Shown here: positions 11,754 to 26,152 of the stretch, in pieces
Numbering within the stretch: the stretch's first letter is position 1
How the letters are laid out: each line of letters begins with the position of its first letter
Assembly: GCA_036172245.1 (NCBI GenBank)
Contig: JAYWIR010000013.1
Span: forward strand, 3,844,001-3,908,000
Reading direction: 5' to 3'
Source: Raillietiella orientalis
Taxonomy: Eukaryota
Length of the DNA stretch: 64,000 nucleotides
Position numbers and translations under genes: made by a program
The notes under the pieces: generated by a model
Seen by the model: only the letters and a program-made list of their open reading frames with translations
Told to the model about the DNA's origin: nothing
Database searches by the model: none

Positions 11754-14700
11754 ACTTCCTTAATCAAACAAAAGGATGTGGGTTGAAGAAGGTCAAGTGC
11801 GTCACATCCTTTGTGGACATTCTTTTGGCTGGGAAGATTAGAAATTTTTGCTGCTGATTCGGAACCGGGTCCCCCCCCGCACGCATGAACGATCGCGAAA
11901 ATTTGCCCCTCTTGTTACTTCAGTTACATTTCCTAATTGCTATCATGCGGATACCAAAGGGCATATATTTTAAAGGAGATTTGATTTATTAATGCATTTT
12001 ATTTTGTGGGAATGGATCTTGACGCTAATTGGGGAGCGATTATGTTAATCCGGGTGACGCCGGCGTGGCATGCCCTGACAGGCCCCGAGTGGCAGCGGCC
12101 CTCGACGGTGCGTTCTCGAGTCGGAGTCACCTGGAAGACCTCGACCCCGGGTCGTTCCTTCCCGTGTTCCAGGATCCCTGCGCCGCGCGGAGATACCGAT
12201 GGTGGTGTTTCCCCGGCTCGAGTTGCAGCTGAGCAGAAGAAGTAAATCTTTCCAAACACCCGCTGATTTCCTCAGCCGATACGGACGCCCGAAAATACAA
12301 AGAGGATGGCAAGAGTCATTTTTCTTCGAGTCTCCTCCCGTGCAATTTCTTAAAGCGAAGATTGGGATTTTTATTACCGTTGTAGTCATGTTCCATACCA
12401 TGGGTTCCCTATCAAATTGGATGGCTGACTGTTTTTTTTTCTTTTTTCTTCTTGTGGGAGCCACATATGTTTCGCAATGGGCTGCGTGCGATCTCAAGTG
12501 TGTGTTTTCCACACATTCAAGGATACGATGCATAATTTCGTACGCCAGCTCCCCAATTTGCAATGTACTTCTTTTGCTGTCCTTGAATGTAATGATGTAG
12601 CGACTGCTGCATTCTGTTTGTAACGGTATTAACGAAGTATTCGACTGTGCATCATACTGTTGAATGGGAATGTTTGATTACCTGATATGGTTATGAGTGC
12701 GATGCTGCCTCCCCGCTATTACATCTCCGTGTCCATCGAGGAAGAACTCGATCCGTGCTGCAAGAATCAGCAAAGCGCGCGGAGGTCTCAGAACAAAGTA
12801 CGAATTTCGGCGCCAATGGAGAGCCAACTCGTGGTGTTCGGCAAATTCGCCTTGCAAATGAACTCTACATAGCCCATCCCCAATACCATGCAGGTACGAA
12901 CTTCGAAGGAAGACGAAAATTCGGACGTCTGATCATTCTCTTGTCGGAAATTCGGATTGCATTCGTCTGTTGTTTTCGGCCGTCGTGGATGCAGGATTTG
13001 ATGTCCTGAGTTTTCTAAATACGACGCAAATTCTAAATCGCTCGGCGCTTTGCTCCCCACGTGGCTTTCCACAAACCAGGTAAACTTGACCTTGGAGATG
13101 TGCAAGACCTCCGCCGTTGACAGCATTCTTTTCACAAGTCTTCGTTCAACTCCTGTGACCTTTAAAGGATGTCCCAGCGAAAAGAACGTCAAAGTAACAC
13201 TGCAAAGGAATGATCAAGTTCGCTTCGAAGATGGACGATGCTATTTACCGCAATCTATTTAAATGCGAAGAAGCAAATTTTGGAACTATCTAGCGGGATA
13301 TTTTGGACAGAAATGTCTTTCGGCACCGAAGGATTAGGTACGAGGCCCTTGTGATGGACAACGGATGTGCGTACCCACAGGCGTTGAAAAAACGACGGGC
13401 CGGCCAAGGGGACACTTTTGCGTCGCTTTGCCCTTTTCCCAGAGGCGGGCAAGGCAGGCGACGAGCACCAGGCGAAGACAGCCACGCAACAGCAAGGGAG
13501 AAGAGGACCAGGCGGTCTCCCCCCAGGATCAGATCCCGCCCCTGAATCGTGTAGTGGCGAGCGGGCCTGGCCGAGTCCCCCGGCAGTAAGCCGCATCACA
13601 GCAGAGCGGATAGCACTGGTCGAAAGGACACACAAGCAAACAAACTCGTTTCGAGATCACTCAGCATCATACGGGGTGGTCATGGCCAGAGGGGAGGAAT
13701 TCGCTGGCAGCAGCCATCTACGCAACCTCGTGAACCAAATCCGTGTTTGCAAGCAGATTTGTAGGGTGGGATCGCTGCTGACCATGCCAGTGTCTTACAG
13801 CTGCGTGGTTCCGTGTGGTGGACCGTCCGCTCTCGAGTGCCTCCTTTTCGCGATCCCGGGTCCTCAGATATCTGTGGGTGTCGTACCCATTGTGGGGGCT
13901 CGCGTGGAGACATCCGTGGTTTCGTTGGTGCGTCAGAAGGCAGCAACACCTGTTCTTCCTGATGCAGCGGGCGGACGGAGCTGCCCTTTGGGGGCCATCG
14001 AGACTTGGGTTTTCGGAGGAGGGATCCAAAGGTCGGATCCCAAGGTGCATCCGACTTCCCAAGAAGCGCGTTCTTACCCGGCCTATAGGCATGTCCCATC
14101 GTGGCCCCCGATGAGCGCCTTCTCACGGAATTCGGGGGTGAAGTGAAAACCGGGCAGAACGCGAAGAAAGTCCACCTCATTTGAACTCCTCAAATCCTTG
14201 TTACGCCCCTGACAAGAGGTCCTCGACGCAAACCGTTACACGGACGAAGTCCAACTTCAACGATTCGAAAAACAGCTGCGATGTGAAAGTCTTCGAGGTG
14301 GCCTGTCATTAGCGTTTGAAGTGCTGGGCGAGTATTCTTTGCTTGGTCATATCGTCACCTTGAAGTGCACAAACAATTGCACGTTTCAAATTAAGGATGT
14401 GACCTCATTCCTGTTCGTGGCGCTCCCAGACAAGCGTTCGGTGCCCCGGGCGCCGACTGGGGCTGCACGCGTACGCCGTTTTCCATCGTCTCTCCCCGGG
14501 TCTCCCTGCATCTCGGCAGACGTCCCCTAGCCGTCCTGCCGTCCGGCAAATGAGTTTTCAGCATGGTTTGAGGCACTGCAACGCTGACAGCAGCTGTCAG
14601 TGGTTGATGCTGGCGGAAGCGCCCAGAGCAAGAAAAATATGTGCAGTTTTTCTAGGGTGCTTTCGCGTCGCGCGGTTCCCTGCCCGAGTCCGCGGCGACC

Positions 14701-16886
14701 GTACGTCCGACCACAGCAACTCGTCGTCTGCGTCCGAGGATCGTTAAAGAACGATTATTTTTGTTGACGGTGATGATTTATGAGGGAGCGACCTCTCGCG
14801 AGGCCGAACGCAGCGAAATCCGTTCCTCTCGACCTGCGTTTCCGGTATACTGCACCAGGCGCCAGCGGACACCAGCAGCCTCCAGGAATCCAAGAGAGAC
14901 TGCCGGTGGAGCGCGTGCAGACGAAAAATCAGCAGCACTCGAGGGAGGCTGTGCTGCAATCGAACGACAAGCTCGTTGGTTCGTTTCGCGATCTGTGGTT
15001 GCGCTTGACGGTTCTGCGACCACACTTTGGTTTCAGTCGAGCACCGGCCGAGGGGCTTCTCGGGAGTTCGCGTCAGGGGCGACAGCTGTTGTTGCTCCAG
15101 ATGCGGAAGAAGCTGCCTCCGGGGAACTACCGCCTCTTCCGCGAGGTCCCGCAAAGATTTTCATTTCTTCTTGGTGAAAAAAAACCCTCAGTGCGCTTGC
15201 ACGTCGTTCCTTGGCATGGGCGCTCCATGCGGAGAAGAAGCGTTGTCTTCGGGAAGCAGTCGACTGCAAAGCAGTGGGAAGGAAAGATAAAAAAAAAAGG
15301 AAAAAAAGACGAGTCCCCTTTGATCTGGAGAAGGAATAACTAGGAAATAAATCCGTGGTCGTGCGTAACCAGGACAACGTCACGCTCTTTGTAGCAACGC
15401 ATAACAATCCAGCATCTCTCGAATGAAACGAGTGCAAAAAAGAAGAGGAGGAGCACGAGGGAAAACGTCCACGGAAGTGATTTCTTACCCACGTCTTTGT
15501 TCATGCATTGGGGGGGGGGGGGGGACGCGCCCTTTCTTAAGGAGACCAATGAATAATCGCGGAATGAGACGGTTCCTTTCGTTGGAACCTTCCAGAAACG
15601 TCTGACGGCCTGGAAGATGCTTTTAGGTGTCTTGGACTGGCGGCAATGCTCACCCCTTCCTCTTCACCCCCGAAATTTTCATCTTGCTGAGAATTCTATG
15701 CTATTTTAGTCTGTTTTCTTGGAGTAAAGCGAACCTGTTGCGTATCCGAGGAGGATGCTCGACAGGCACTTGCGCTGCCTCCGAGTGCTCTTCGCTGCCC
15801 GAGGTGATGCTGCGCTCTTCGGGCAACGTCGTGCCATGAGCTCGAGCACCGACGGAGCGCTGAAAGATCATTCCGTGCATCCGAACGCGAGGAATGGGAC
15901 GAGCCGTCCAGGAAATGCACGACGGAAAAGAGAAGCTGGCAGCTGCAGCGCATCCGAAGACTTCTCGGTTGGGGATGGACCGCCCTCTTACGGCTAATCT
16001 GCGCTGCCGCAGATTTGCCCTTTTCGGTATTTCGGTCCGTTCGTTCTCTTTCGACACGCTGACTTTCGTGGAAGTTCGGGCGTCCCAGGCGACAAGTTCT
16101 CCTGCAGTCAATCAGCTACCTCGGAGACCGAACGTCTCCCGGGTAGCTGAGTCATGACCAGCCAGATCCCCCATTCGGTGACACAGTGTGTGTTTTTGGC
16201 GCTTGCTTGCTGCTGACCACGGAATGGATTGCTTGCCCCGTGCGGTGGTCAGCTGCTCGAAATTTCCGAGTTGCGTTGCATCGCTGAGCGGACGGATTCC
16301 CTCCTCATGCGGTGGGCTTCCACGCTTTCCCGGAAGGCGAGACTCGTGCCGTGGACCCGGTCCTTCGGCTGCCGTGCCTTCCTCCTCTCCGGCCGGAAGA
16401 TCGGAAGGCGGTTGCCCAGGCGACGCAAGGCTGACGCAAAGCTCCTCCGATTATCGTCCGTTCGTGGCACACGGACACACCGCTCGGTGTTATGCATTCC
16501 CTTTTATCAGCAGGGCGAAATTGAGAAGATGCCTTGTCGCTGCTCTTTTACAAATATTGAATTCAACATCTTCCCCCGCTATGGCTTCCTGCTGGTTCGC
16601 GGTTTCCTGAAACACTGTGTGTTCTGTTGGGTCTCCGTTCCGCAGGGTTCGGGATGTTGATTCAGCGCCTGCTGCTTCCGGTGCTTCGATTTCCGTGCGT
16701 GGACGGCGCTCTCTAAATTAGACGCGCTCATCATCATCCGCGTGCAGGCGTCCTCCCCCGCCGGAGGAGGAACCTTATCTCGGGATGGCTCCGTGGCGGA
16801 TGGTTTCTGGGCCGCGCGCCGCCGATGGCCCTCGCAAGGCGAACCTCCTCGGACGCGATTTACCTTTTTTTTTTTTTTTTTCTTCC

Positions 16887-16917
16887 GTTTGTTTGTTTGT
16901 TTGTTTGTTTGTTTGTT
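16887..16917. repeat. (GTTT)7 microsatellite next to a poly-T tract
   Basis: Direct reading. Confidence 0.95.
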
Positions 16918-19900
16918 CTGCTGCGCTCACATCCCACTCTGATTAGCGGAGTTCAAATTTCACGACAGGTTGGGATCCGACTTTGCTCAGCGGGGAGCGC
17001 CTGTGCAAACGGAACAGAATCCTTTCGCTGTGAGAACGGGGCTGCTGATCCGCCGCGCGCGGGATGATGAGAAGAGGAGAGCAAAGGAAACGGCGAAGAA
17101 GTGTTGGCGAAAGGTGGTGATGGAGGTCCGCGTGTAAACTCTCATTTGCAGCTCTCATGTTGCAATTGCGCTGACGTGAAAGTTCGAATGTGACAACTTG
17201 AGCAAACAAAGGTTCGTTTCCAGGGGGGGGAAATGAGCTCGGAGCGAGGAGAGGCCCCGCGGAAAAGCCCGCGGAGCCTCGGATGCCCGCGGCAGGAAGC
17301 GCGCGCGCTCGTGGGTGCCCGGCTGGTGACCACCACCTCGCAGACCCGTCCTGGGCTCCGGGGCGCACGCCGGCTCTCTCCGGAAGATTTACTCCTTCCT
17401 TGCGAACCGAAGCTGGAGAAGCGCGCTCGACGTGCGGGCGCGCGAGCCCTCCCTCCTCCGCACACCCCCCTTGGTCAAGCGGCGGTCAGAAGGGAACGCC
17501 GAGGACCCGGCAGGCGCCCGCGCGTCTTCCTCCGCTGGACCGTTCCGACACGGGACCGCGTTCCGCTCGCGCGCAGCTCGTCTTTGCCCGGCGGCCGCGC
17601 GGGCAGGCCCTTCCGTCGCGTCTTCGTACAAAGAAGAGCGCGGATGCGCCCATGTACAGAGAGAGAGTCAGGTGTGCGACCTTCGCTCCTTGAGGCTTGC
17701 TGCGCTCCCGGTCACCGCGACGGATCCCTGCGGGCAGACTTTGTGTTCGCAGATCGCTTCCCCGTCCCCCTCCTTCCCATGCGGCCATCCTGGAAGGGGC
17801 CCGCGGCACGGGGTCGCGGGTGCGGGCCGCGTGACGTGACCTCACGGTTCGCAGGAAGAGGCGATTCGCGAAATTTCCGTCAGGAATGTGATTTGTGGAT
17901 GTGAATTATTTGGACCTTTTTAATTATCGTGGACGATTCGACATTGGAATCGAATGAATCAATGTCATACTTAATATTGTGAAAAATCGATCCCGGGTGA
18001 TTCCTGCTAAATTAACTGATAATAATTCATTTCCGTTTCGCCTTTCGCTCGCCTTTTTTTTTTTTTTCCTTCTTCTTTTCTTCTTCTTCTCCTTTTTTTT
18101 TTCCTTTTGATTTACTTTTGCTGCGCTCTCATTTTTTTTTGCGCGCACTTTCACGTCCCTTCTTTTCTCAATCCGTCCTCCGCACACTTCGCTTCAGCGT
18201 TTGCGTCTCGCTGGACGGCCTTTCCTCTTCAGCTCCGTCCCTCCCCCCAGCACTCTGTAGGGGACGTGGGGGAGGACCCTACTCCAGCGTGGCGTGGGTC
18301 CCTCCGGGAGATTTCACTTGCCATCTCCCTGAAGTGCGTGGGAGGAGGAGAGCCTCGCTCGCGGAAACTCAATTCCAGGCGTCGCCCCCCTCCCCCTACC
18401 CTCCTTTTTTTTTTTTTTTTTCTCTTTTCTTCCCCCCCCCCCCCCGTCCTAGCTACCCTCTCCTTCCCAATCAGTAGAGTGCCTGCCTTTCCGTCTTTGG
18501 GGCCCTTTCGGCTCGAGTTGCGCGCGCGTTTTCCCTCCAAGACACTGCGTGCGTGCGTGCGTTACGAGCGCGCGCGCGCGCTCGTTGACGGGCACGCGGG
18601 GGGGGGGGGGGGGTTCGCTGCTCCTGGCTGCAGGCTTGGCAGAACCTGCTAATCGCACGGGATGCTGCCGGATGGACACGTCGGGAGTTCCGGCCATTCC
18701 CTCCTTCTCTTTTTGCCGCGGATACGCGTTTTTGATTCATTAGATCCTTCTGCAGGCAGCTTCCATCCCGTTCCTATGCAACGTGTGATTACGCTCTCGG
18801 CATCCGGCATCTTCTTCCCTCCGTGCCTGCTGGGAACCCTCCCGCTTTCCCTGTCCAATCGCTCGAAAAACGCTGCTCGGGAAGTTCGTTCCTTTTCAAC
18901 GCAGCGCGGTCCCGCCGACCGACTGCACAAAGATTATCCGTTTTGCATATAATTAGCGGAAGTCCTTTTTTTCCCTCTCCCCCCCCCCCCCTTTCCCTGT
19001 TGTTGTTCCGGTCGAAAGGCGGATGAGCTGGCTTCCGGATCGGGAAACAACAAAACGCTTCCCGTCCCTCCTCCCCAGCTCCCCACTCATCCGTCCACCG
19101 CCCGGATCGGTGTTTTTTCCCTTTCCGAGGACGCCCCGGGGAACGGTCCTGCCCGGGGCCGCGCTGCGAGCCTTGGCTTCGAGGTGTTCCCGGGACTCGG
19201 TGCGTGCAAGTGCTCCCGCGCTGTCCTCGTGCATCCAATGTCCTTCCTCCGCCGCCCTTTCCTTTTGTTTCGCCGAAGGTGTTGACGAGGCGTTGGCGTG
19301 CGGGCGTCGGATGTTCGGGGAATACGAGTCACGTGTGCGATCCGGGCCTGCCTCCAGTGGACGGCGTCCGTCAGGAAGGGGGGGCGGGGGAGGAAGCCCC
19401 CGCGAGAGGTCCAGCACGTCCGGCCTGCATCCTGCGCGGGACCCGCGGGCACGGGTGGAGGCGTGGGCAAGGGAACGGGAGCGACCGCTCGCCTGAATCG
19501 GTGCCTCGACGTGTGTGACCCAGGGGATGGAATCGCAAGATCTCCAGGAGCCGGTTTGACCGGTGGATGCCGAGTTGCTAGGAGCGGTTTCTCTAAAGGG
19601 TTCCGTCTTCGAGAAGAGGTCGCCGGTCAGGCGTGCATCGAACTGCACCGGGAAGAAGTGGGTTCGTTTCCTGGGAACGGAAGGCGAGGGAGGCCTTTTC
19701 GATGCAAGGTGCGTCCTCCGCACGAAGGCACGACGAAATGACCGCACGAGTGTGCCGCGTCAGTTGCGTGGATGGGGGGGGGGGCACTTTGATTTTCGAC
19801 GGGAGGACCCGGCAGCTCCTCCCGGCCGCAGCATCTGCCGGAGGAGGCGTCCGCGCCACTTCTGCTTGCGTCGGCGCCCGCACGAGGCTACTCGGAGGAC

Positions 19901-22900
19901 GCACGGCAGCGTCTTCTGCGAAGCGTCCGCCCCCCAACGGCGGAGGCTCGGAGAATGGGTCGGGGAGCGATGCCCAGAAGTAGGGGAACGCCGCGAGACG
20001 GGAGTTCCCGAGACCTTGGAGCGTGTCGGTGCTGCTGCTGACCGTCGTCCGCGAGGGATCCGAGGCGCGGAGCCGTGGAGAGGTCGGTCGCTGCCACCGT
20101 TCGAGGAGGAGGGCGAAGAAAAACCGGACCTCGGTCAATAAAGTATGCCGGAAGAAACGTTCGGGCGATGCTTTGGATCGGAAAGAATTTCTGCCCGAAA
20201 GTACCAAGCGCGATCTTGACTGATGGTGGGGGCGGGAGGGGGCGAGGGAACAAAACAAACGGAAATGAGGGAGGGGAATGGCGCTGATTTAGGAGGCAGC
20301 GCGTTCCTAAACTCCGTCCTGCAGTGGTTTCTGCAGAGCATTCCAGAAGACGGGTTCACCCCGACGGGTCAGAGGAACGAATCCAAGCGGTCACGACACG
20401 AAGGCGCCAACAACCCCTGCGACGAGGTGTTTCTTTCTTTCTTTCTTTTTCTTTTTTTTCCCTCCTCCTCCTCCTTCTTCTTCTGCTTCTTCCCGTTCCG
20501 CCTGCTGTCGGCGCATGCGCGAACGCTTCGTTTATCTGCGCGTACGATAAATCCCGAGGCAGCTCGGAGGAGGAGGCGAATGGCGCGAAGATGCACACAG
20601 ATCTCGTTTTCCTGGGTCTTCGGGCAAACTTTGCACCCGAAAGTGAGTATGTTGTGCTTTTCCGCCGTTATCGTGCCCCAAGGCCACCGCCGCGGTGCGC
20701 TCTCGCCAAATTCCAGCAGACAATTCCGCTGCACATCCGGCATGGCGGCTTGGAATTTCGGTTTGCCTTTCTGGAGCTCCCGGGCGACAGCTCCATTCTT
20801 CAGGAAAGGGAATGTAAATTTCACGTCCACTCGCCCGTCCTCTCTCTTGGTTTAGTTGGCAGCGGCGGCAGCAGCAGCAGCACTGTTTTTTTTTTTTTTT
20901 TTTTTTTCTCTTTTTTTTTTTTTTTATCGTCACTCCGGGATCCGATAACGTAACGAGGCATCCAGGAAACGCTGTGCATTTTGTTTCCTGCAGATAAAGC
21001 CCTGCCTGAGCAGAATACACGGAATGCATCGAGAAAGCTGAAGACGTACGTCTCCGTCGTGTGCGCCCGACGTGCGCGTGGCGCTCTTTCCGTTGCAACG
21101 CCCACAGCTGTTTTCCCATTTGCACATCACCTCGGAGACGGATGGCGCGCCGAGGGAGGCACTCCGCGAGCGCAGGAGTCACCGCGGAAGGGGGACGACT
21201 CGCCATCGTGGGAAGTTTGGGAGGAGGCGTCCGAGCATGGCACGGCCCCTTATCGGCACGGATCGAGGCTGGGGCTTGTGCCCGTTCCACCCCCGGTTCA
21301 CCTCCGGGAATGACCCCTCGGGCTCGACCCGTCGGCGAGCGCACGAGCCCGCGGCTGCTTCCCGAAGAGCGGCAGAGAGGCGCTCCGTTCCGTTTCCGAT
21401 GCGGAAAGTACTGCCATCTATGCGCGTGGCCGTCAATTGCACGTGCTGCTGGCTATCCATATCAAACAGGTCGTGTTTTCGGCATGACTTGTTTAGGATT
21501 TGGAAGAACAACCGAAACAGAAACACGCCTCGGGCGCTCGCTCCTTTCCAAACTCGATTGCGTCACACTTTCCATGTCGCAGCCCACCACGATCTCTGCC
21601 TTGTCGCTTGCAACAACATGGTAGGTGCACTAAACGTGCCTAATCTTTTACGAAAACTTCAGAAGCCTTCTTTGGGAATTTCCGATCGAAAGTATTTCCA
21701 AATCCCACGGACGGAGATTGCCAACAGCAGCGGAGAAAGAAAGAAAATTCCTTTCCAACCCGTGGGGTATGTCGCTCTTAAGAAGTTTATCCTGGGATCC
21801 ATCGGATGGCGGGGAACCGCTGAGCAAAGAAAAGTGGTTGGAACTGCAACTTTGCGCCAGCGGAGCAGTGGTTATTCCTCGAGTGGTTTTCGGGGATGGG
21901 TTGGTGGTGGGAACACGCACGCGGTCTCGACACGTGGGGGACACTCAAACCGTGGGCCCGAACTGAGGTTTTGCTCCGAACCACAACTTTTCAGTTGCAC
22001 TTCTGCAACTCCCGAGAGCATGCCGCGGGACCAATTCCATGGGACTTACGTCCCGGGGATCGTGCCACGTCTCGGACAGGGACCCTTCTTCCGGGACCCA
22101 CGGGGTCCCTCTCTGATCGTAACGCGACGGATACGACGGATTCCAGCAGAATTGTGGTCTCGAGCGTCCTTGTCGCCGCTTTCCCGCTGGGGCTCTCTCT
22201 CAGCTGCTTCCTGGTGCCGGATGAATCCAGCGTACTTCATCTCTGGAGAGTCTGCCGCTTAGGATTCATCTTTCCGGGATTGCTCCTCGAACTGCAGCAC
22301 CGATTCCATGAATCCAAATGGATAGCGCAGTGGATAGCACTTTCTTCGCTCGCTAATTACTGATCCCTCCTCTCTAATGCTCGCGAGCATTCGCATGTTA
22401 GCAAATTGCCTGCGCATCCCCGAAAGTACTCCTGCAGCTCCATCCTTCTTGCTTCCATCTCCGGTCCCTGCCGTTCTGTTTACCCGAAATCCAAAGTGCT
22501 GCAACTGCCACGAGGATCTCGTATTCGACGATCGCGAAGGAACGCCATCTCCGTCCGTTTCTCAAAGAGAATCTCTTGCGGTTGAAAAATGGGCTCATGG
22601 GCAAATGAGATGGTTGGTTTCATCGCTTGTGCTGAAGCTCGAGCACCTACAAGAAGTTTCTTCTTTTCCTCCTCCAGCAAGTCGTGTGACCCGTCCGTGC
22701 CATCAGACATTTGGCTCCAGAAGGCGGTACAGCGCGTTTCAGCACTCTCTTGCATCCGATGGCACTTACGGACGCCTACTTGTAGTTCCGTGCTCCTCGT
22801 TGAACGGACATAGCGCGAGGGATGCACTGATCCTCTGTACCCGAGCACACGGGAAACTCATTTCTTGTCATCGCGGTCTCGTCTATCTCTGCCTGCTGTC

Positions 22901-24509
22901 TGCCGTGCCACCGGCTCCGGCGGGTGATACCGATCGCCCGAGTATTTCATCTCTTCGCGTGTCTTCCAATCGCATGGGGCGAGCCGACACTATCTCACAA
23001 AGTCTCACCACGAGATCGCCGATTCCATCGGGTGGGTGCGCAAGAAGTGTCTCTGCAGCGGTATGGTTAACGGACGAAGTCCTGTCTCGGGCCGCACGCA
23101 TTCCGAAGACGTCGAGGCATTCTTCCCTACAGCTGTGCTGCATCCGGTTCTCAGCGGCTCGAGCAGCGACTCACGCATGTGAATCTTTCACACTGCGCTG
23201 CCTGCAGCCTCGGCCGGCATCTGATAGACGCTGCGCGTTTCCTCGGATGCAAGAAAAAAAAAGGAAAAACGGCTCTCCTCGTTCGCCCTAGCATTCGCAG
23301 ACAGATCTGCAGACGCTGCTGTATATGCAGACGTTTTCCTCCTCTGAGGTCGGCAGGCGCTCTGCAGTCTCTCCCTCTGCATGTTTTTTTTCTTTCCTTT
23401 TAGCGTTGCTTAGAATCCTTCATCCGCTTTCAGCAACTCCCAGCTTTGATTTCAACACTTTATTGGGTGCTTTCACCGCTTCGGCTCGCGCACGGGCCAG
23501 AGGTCGGCGCGACGAACCGTTGATTTTTCTTGGCCCGATCGCTCCGGAGCAATCCCGTGCTCCACTGCCGATGCGAACAGACATCCTGAGGTTTCGAGCT
23601 GGCTCTAATCTTTCCGGGAACTCTCCGGGAATGCTGGAGTCACCCCGGTAACTGCGACTTCGACCTGCGGTTGAAATTCAACGGAGGCTCCGACCGTCGA
23701 GATGGATTTCCGAGCTTCTTCGCATCTGGCCTGTTCTCGTGCTTGCGGAAGCCTCGTGCTCCATTGATGGATGACCACCGACGCTTTTTCCCGAGTTTTC
23801 CGTAAGTTGAAGACGCCTTGCTCCAAGAGCTCTTGGATGGATGCAGGTGACTGCACCCAACACCGGATTCCGTTCTGTTGCTTCCAGCATCCCTCTGGAG
23901 CAGCCATCAAAGTTTTTGCTTACTGCCATGCTGTGACGGAAGTTTCTGCCATTTTCACCACGAATTTCCAAATCTTCCTGAAGGAACCAATCCATGAGAT
24001 TGTTCATTTCTATTTCATTGCCGTCACTACAGCAATGGCTTTTCTTTCGTTGCACCGTAGGTTTCGTTGTGCCTATGTGGTCTTCTTCTTGCAACTTCGT
24101 TGTCCTGTCCCTTTAGTCCATTTACCTTTGTTGTCCACGTCACCTATGCGCACCTATGATGTATGCACTTCCGATTTCAATATTGCCTGTGGACTTGACT
24201 CTTCACACGCTTACAAGTCATTGTGTCCTTCCACTAGCCAGTGCTTGTTGATGCTTAGAATCTTCGAAAGGTCATCCTCACTCACCTATCTATCGTGCGT
24301 AGAGTATCTAGCTAGCGCAGGGCAAAAACAATTCTTTGCGGTGGTTTATACCTGCGCCCCCGGACCTCGCTGTCATCGAAGGAACGCCGTGGTCCTCTGC
24401 ATTGCTGCAGTTCGATCGAACGTGTCTTTGTGGGTTTTTGGGGTGAGCGTTTCCTTGCGAGAGCGTAAAGACAGACAGGGCAACTGATGGTGGATGCTTT
24501 CCTAACAGC

Positions 24510-24786
24510 GGGGTCCCTCCGGGGAGAACAAGGAAGGAGCTTCCCTTCGGGAATCCCTGCCCGGGCATGAGAGGAACGGATTCCCTCCTCCGAAGTCCCT
24601 TCCTGGATTCAAAAGGTGGTCACCTCCCGGGGTGCCCCCAATCTTGAAGAGTTGACACGCACCCTCGGGTGGCGTGGAACAGCGTCAAAGAGCCGCCGCC
24701 AGGGGCGCGACGGTTTTCGAGGTACTCAGCGAACCCCCCCCAAAAAAAGGGGCGAAAGGGAAACAGAGAAGACAGAAAACTCGAAA
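24510..24786 (+). mobile_element. Third copy of the hairpin-array element (3' part only, 5' truncated)
   Basis: Colinear with 57768-58123: GTCCCTCC, GGAAGGAG, TCCCTTCGGG, TGAGAGGAACGGA, CTTCCTGGATTCA, ATCTTGAAGA, ACGCACCCTC, GGTGGCGTGGAAC, AAAGAGCC, GAGGTACT, GAAAGGGAAA tail. Confidence 0.85.
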
Positions 24787-26152
24787 TCCAAGCGCATCAC
24801 TGCAGATGCTCGAGAGGAGATTTCTGCGGAAGCTGTGCGACATGCGACGGCGTGCACTTCTGGTTGATGCATTCCAGAGTGCCCCCATTGTACGAATTAG
24901 CACGTGAGAGTGTCTCTTCGAATGGGTGCGTTCCTTCTTGCGTGTGCACGGGGAGGATCTTGGAGCTATGATCGGAGAATGAGTCCATCATCTCCTGAAG
25001 CCAAGTGTTGGAGCCAGTCGTTGAATGCTGTTGTGTGGGAACACAATGACGTCGAGCAAGTTGTGTACGTTTTTTTTCTTCAATTTGAATAACCGTATAC
25101 ATGCGTATGTTTTCCTGATGATGCTCGCAAGGTGTGGTCGGAGCGGAATCACCACCGTTTCGTGATGTTCCCGCAAAGGAGCACTCGTGATTCGCGCCAG
25201 GACTGTGCGAAGGGCCGAGTTGGGCGGATAGGAAGGGTGCTGCTTTGGGACACGTCCAGGAAGCTCCCAACCCCCCGCGCAAGACCTCGCACGAGGCTGG
25301 AGGAACAGGCGAAGACTACTATGGAGCTCAACATGGCGATTTCCGTTTCTTGGATGCTGCGCTGTTCTCATTAGGTTGCCGTCGCGCACTCACCTTTATC
25401 GTGACGTTCCTGGAATTCGCACGGCGGCTGGAGTCAGTTTCCATCGGAAAACGCGGATGTGTCTCCACGATAAGTGTTCTCTTTCGTTCACAGATCCTCC
25501 CTGAAGTGATTTGGAAGGCGAAGCGAACCCCAAAGGCCGAAATCTCGCGTGATCTCTCGCATTCATTACCTCCTGTGAAGATGGGGGTCCGAGGCGCCGC
25601 AAGCGCTCACTGCTCCTGCAGATGTTTTCCTGCGGCAGCCGATTCGCCGTTCCCCGCGTTTCGCTTTCTGCTGGAACGCGGTTTCCATCATTTCACGAGC
25701 TGCTCCTCTGGACCAGGTGTTTGGGCGAGCCTCGAAGGAAACACCTTTTCGAAACACCTCCCTCACCTCTGTGCTTCGAGAAGCGGATCCACGGCCCCCC
25801 GGAGGCTGCTTAGTCGGCACCGTGATTTCGTTCCTCCCGTCATTTTACACTTCTCCGGCAGCTGAGTTCATCCTTTTGGACTTTTCCATCCCCCATAGGG
25901 AATCCTTACGATGTTTAAGCAAGGGGAAAATTCCTCGACTACGCAAACGTTTTCCGTGCACTGTCATTTTCTTCTATGGGGTAAGGGTGGGGAGGAAACT
26001 CGTGGGCAGAGATCGATTTTCGAAGAGCACTGCCTACCCCCGCGTTGGTTCTCCTGTAGGAGGTCAACGGCGTCATCGCCGCCGAACGTGTTTCTCCCTG
26101 ACTTCGAGATTTCCAGGGCCTTTTCACGCATGGATGTGGAGTAGGACGCACC

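Noticed and set aside
12480..12570. F-box-like LQIGELAYEIMHRILECV on the minus strand
   Set aside because: Lacks the conserved LP and any downstream domain
13418..23291. Long ORFs (242, 396, 304 aa and others) in GC-rich DNA
   Set aside because: Overlapping ORFs in many frames, Arg/Pro/Ser-rich, run through homopolymers, no recognisable domain
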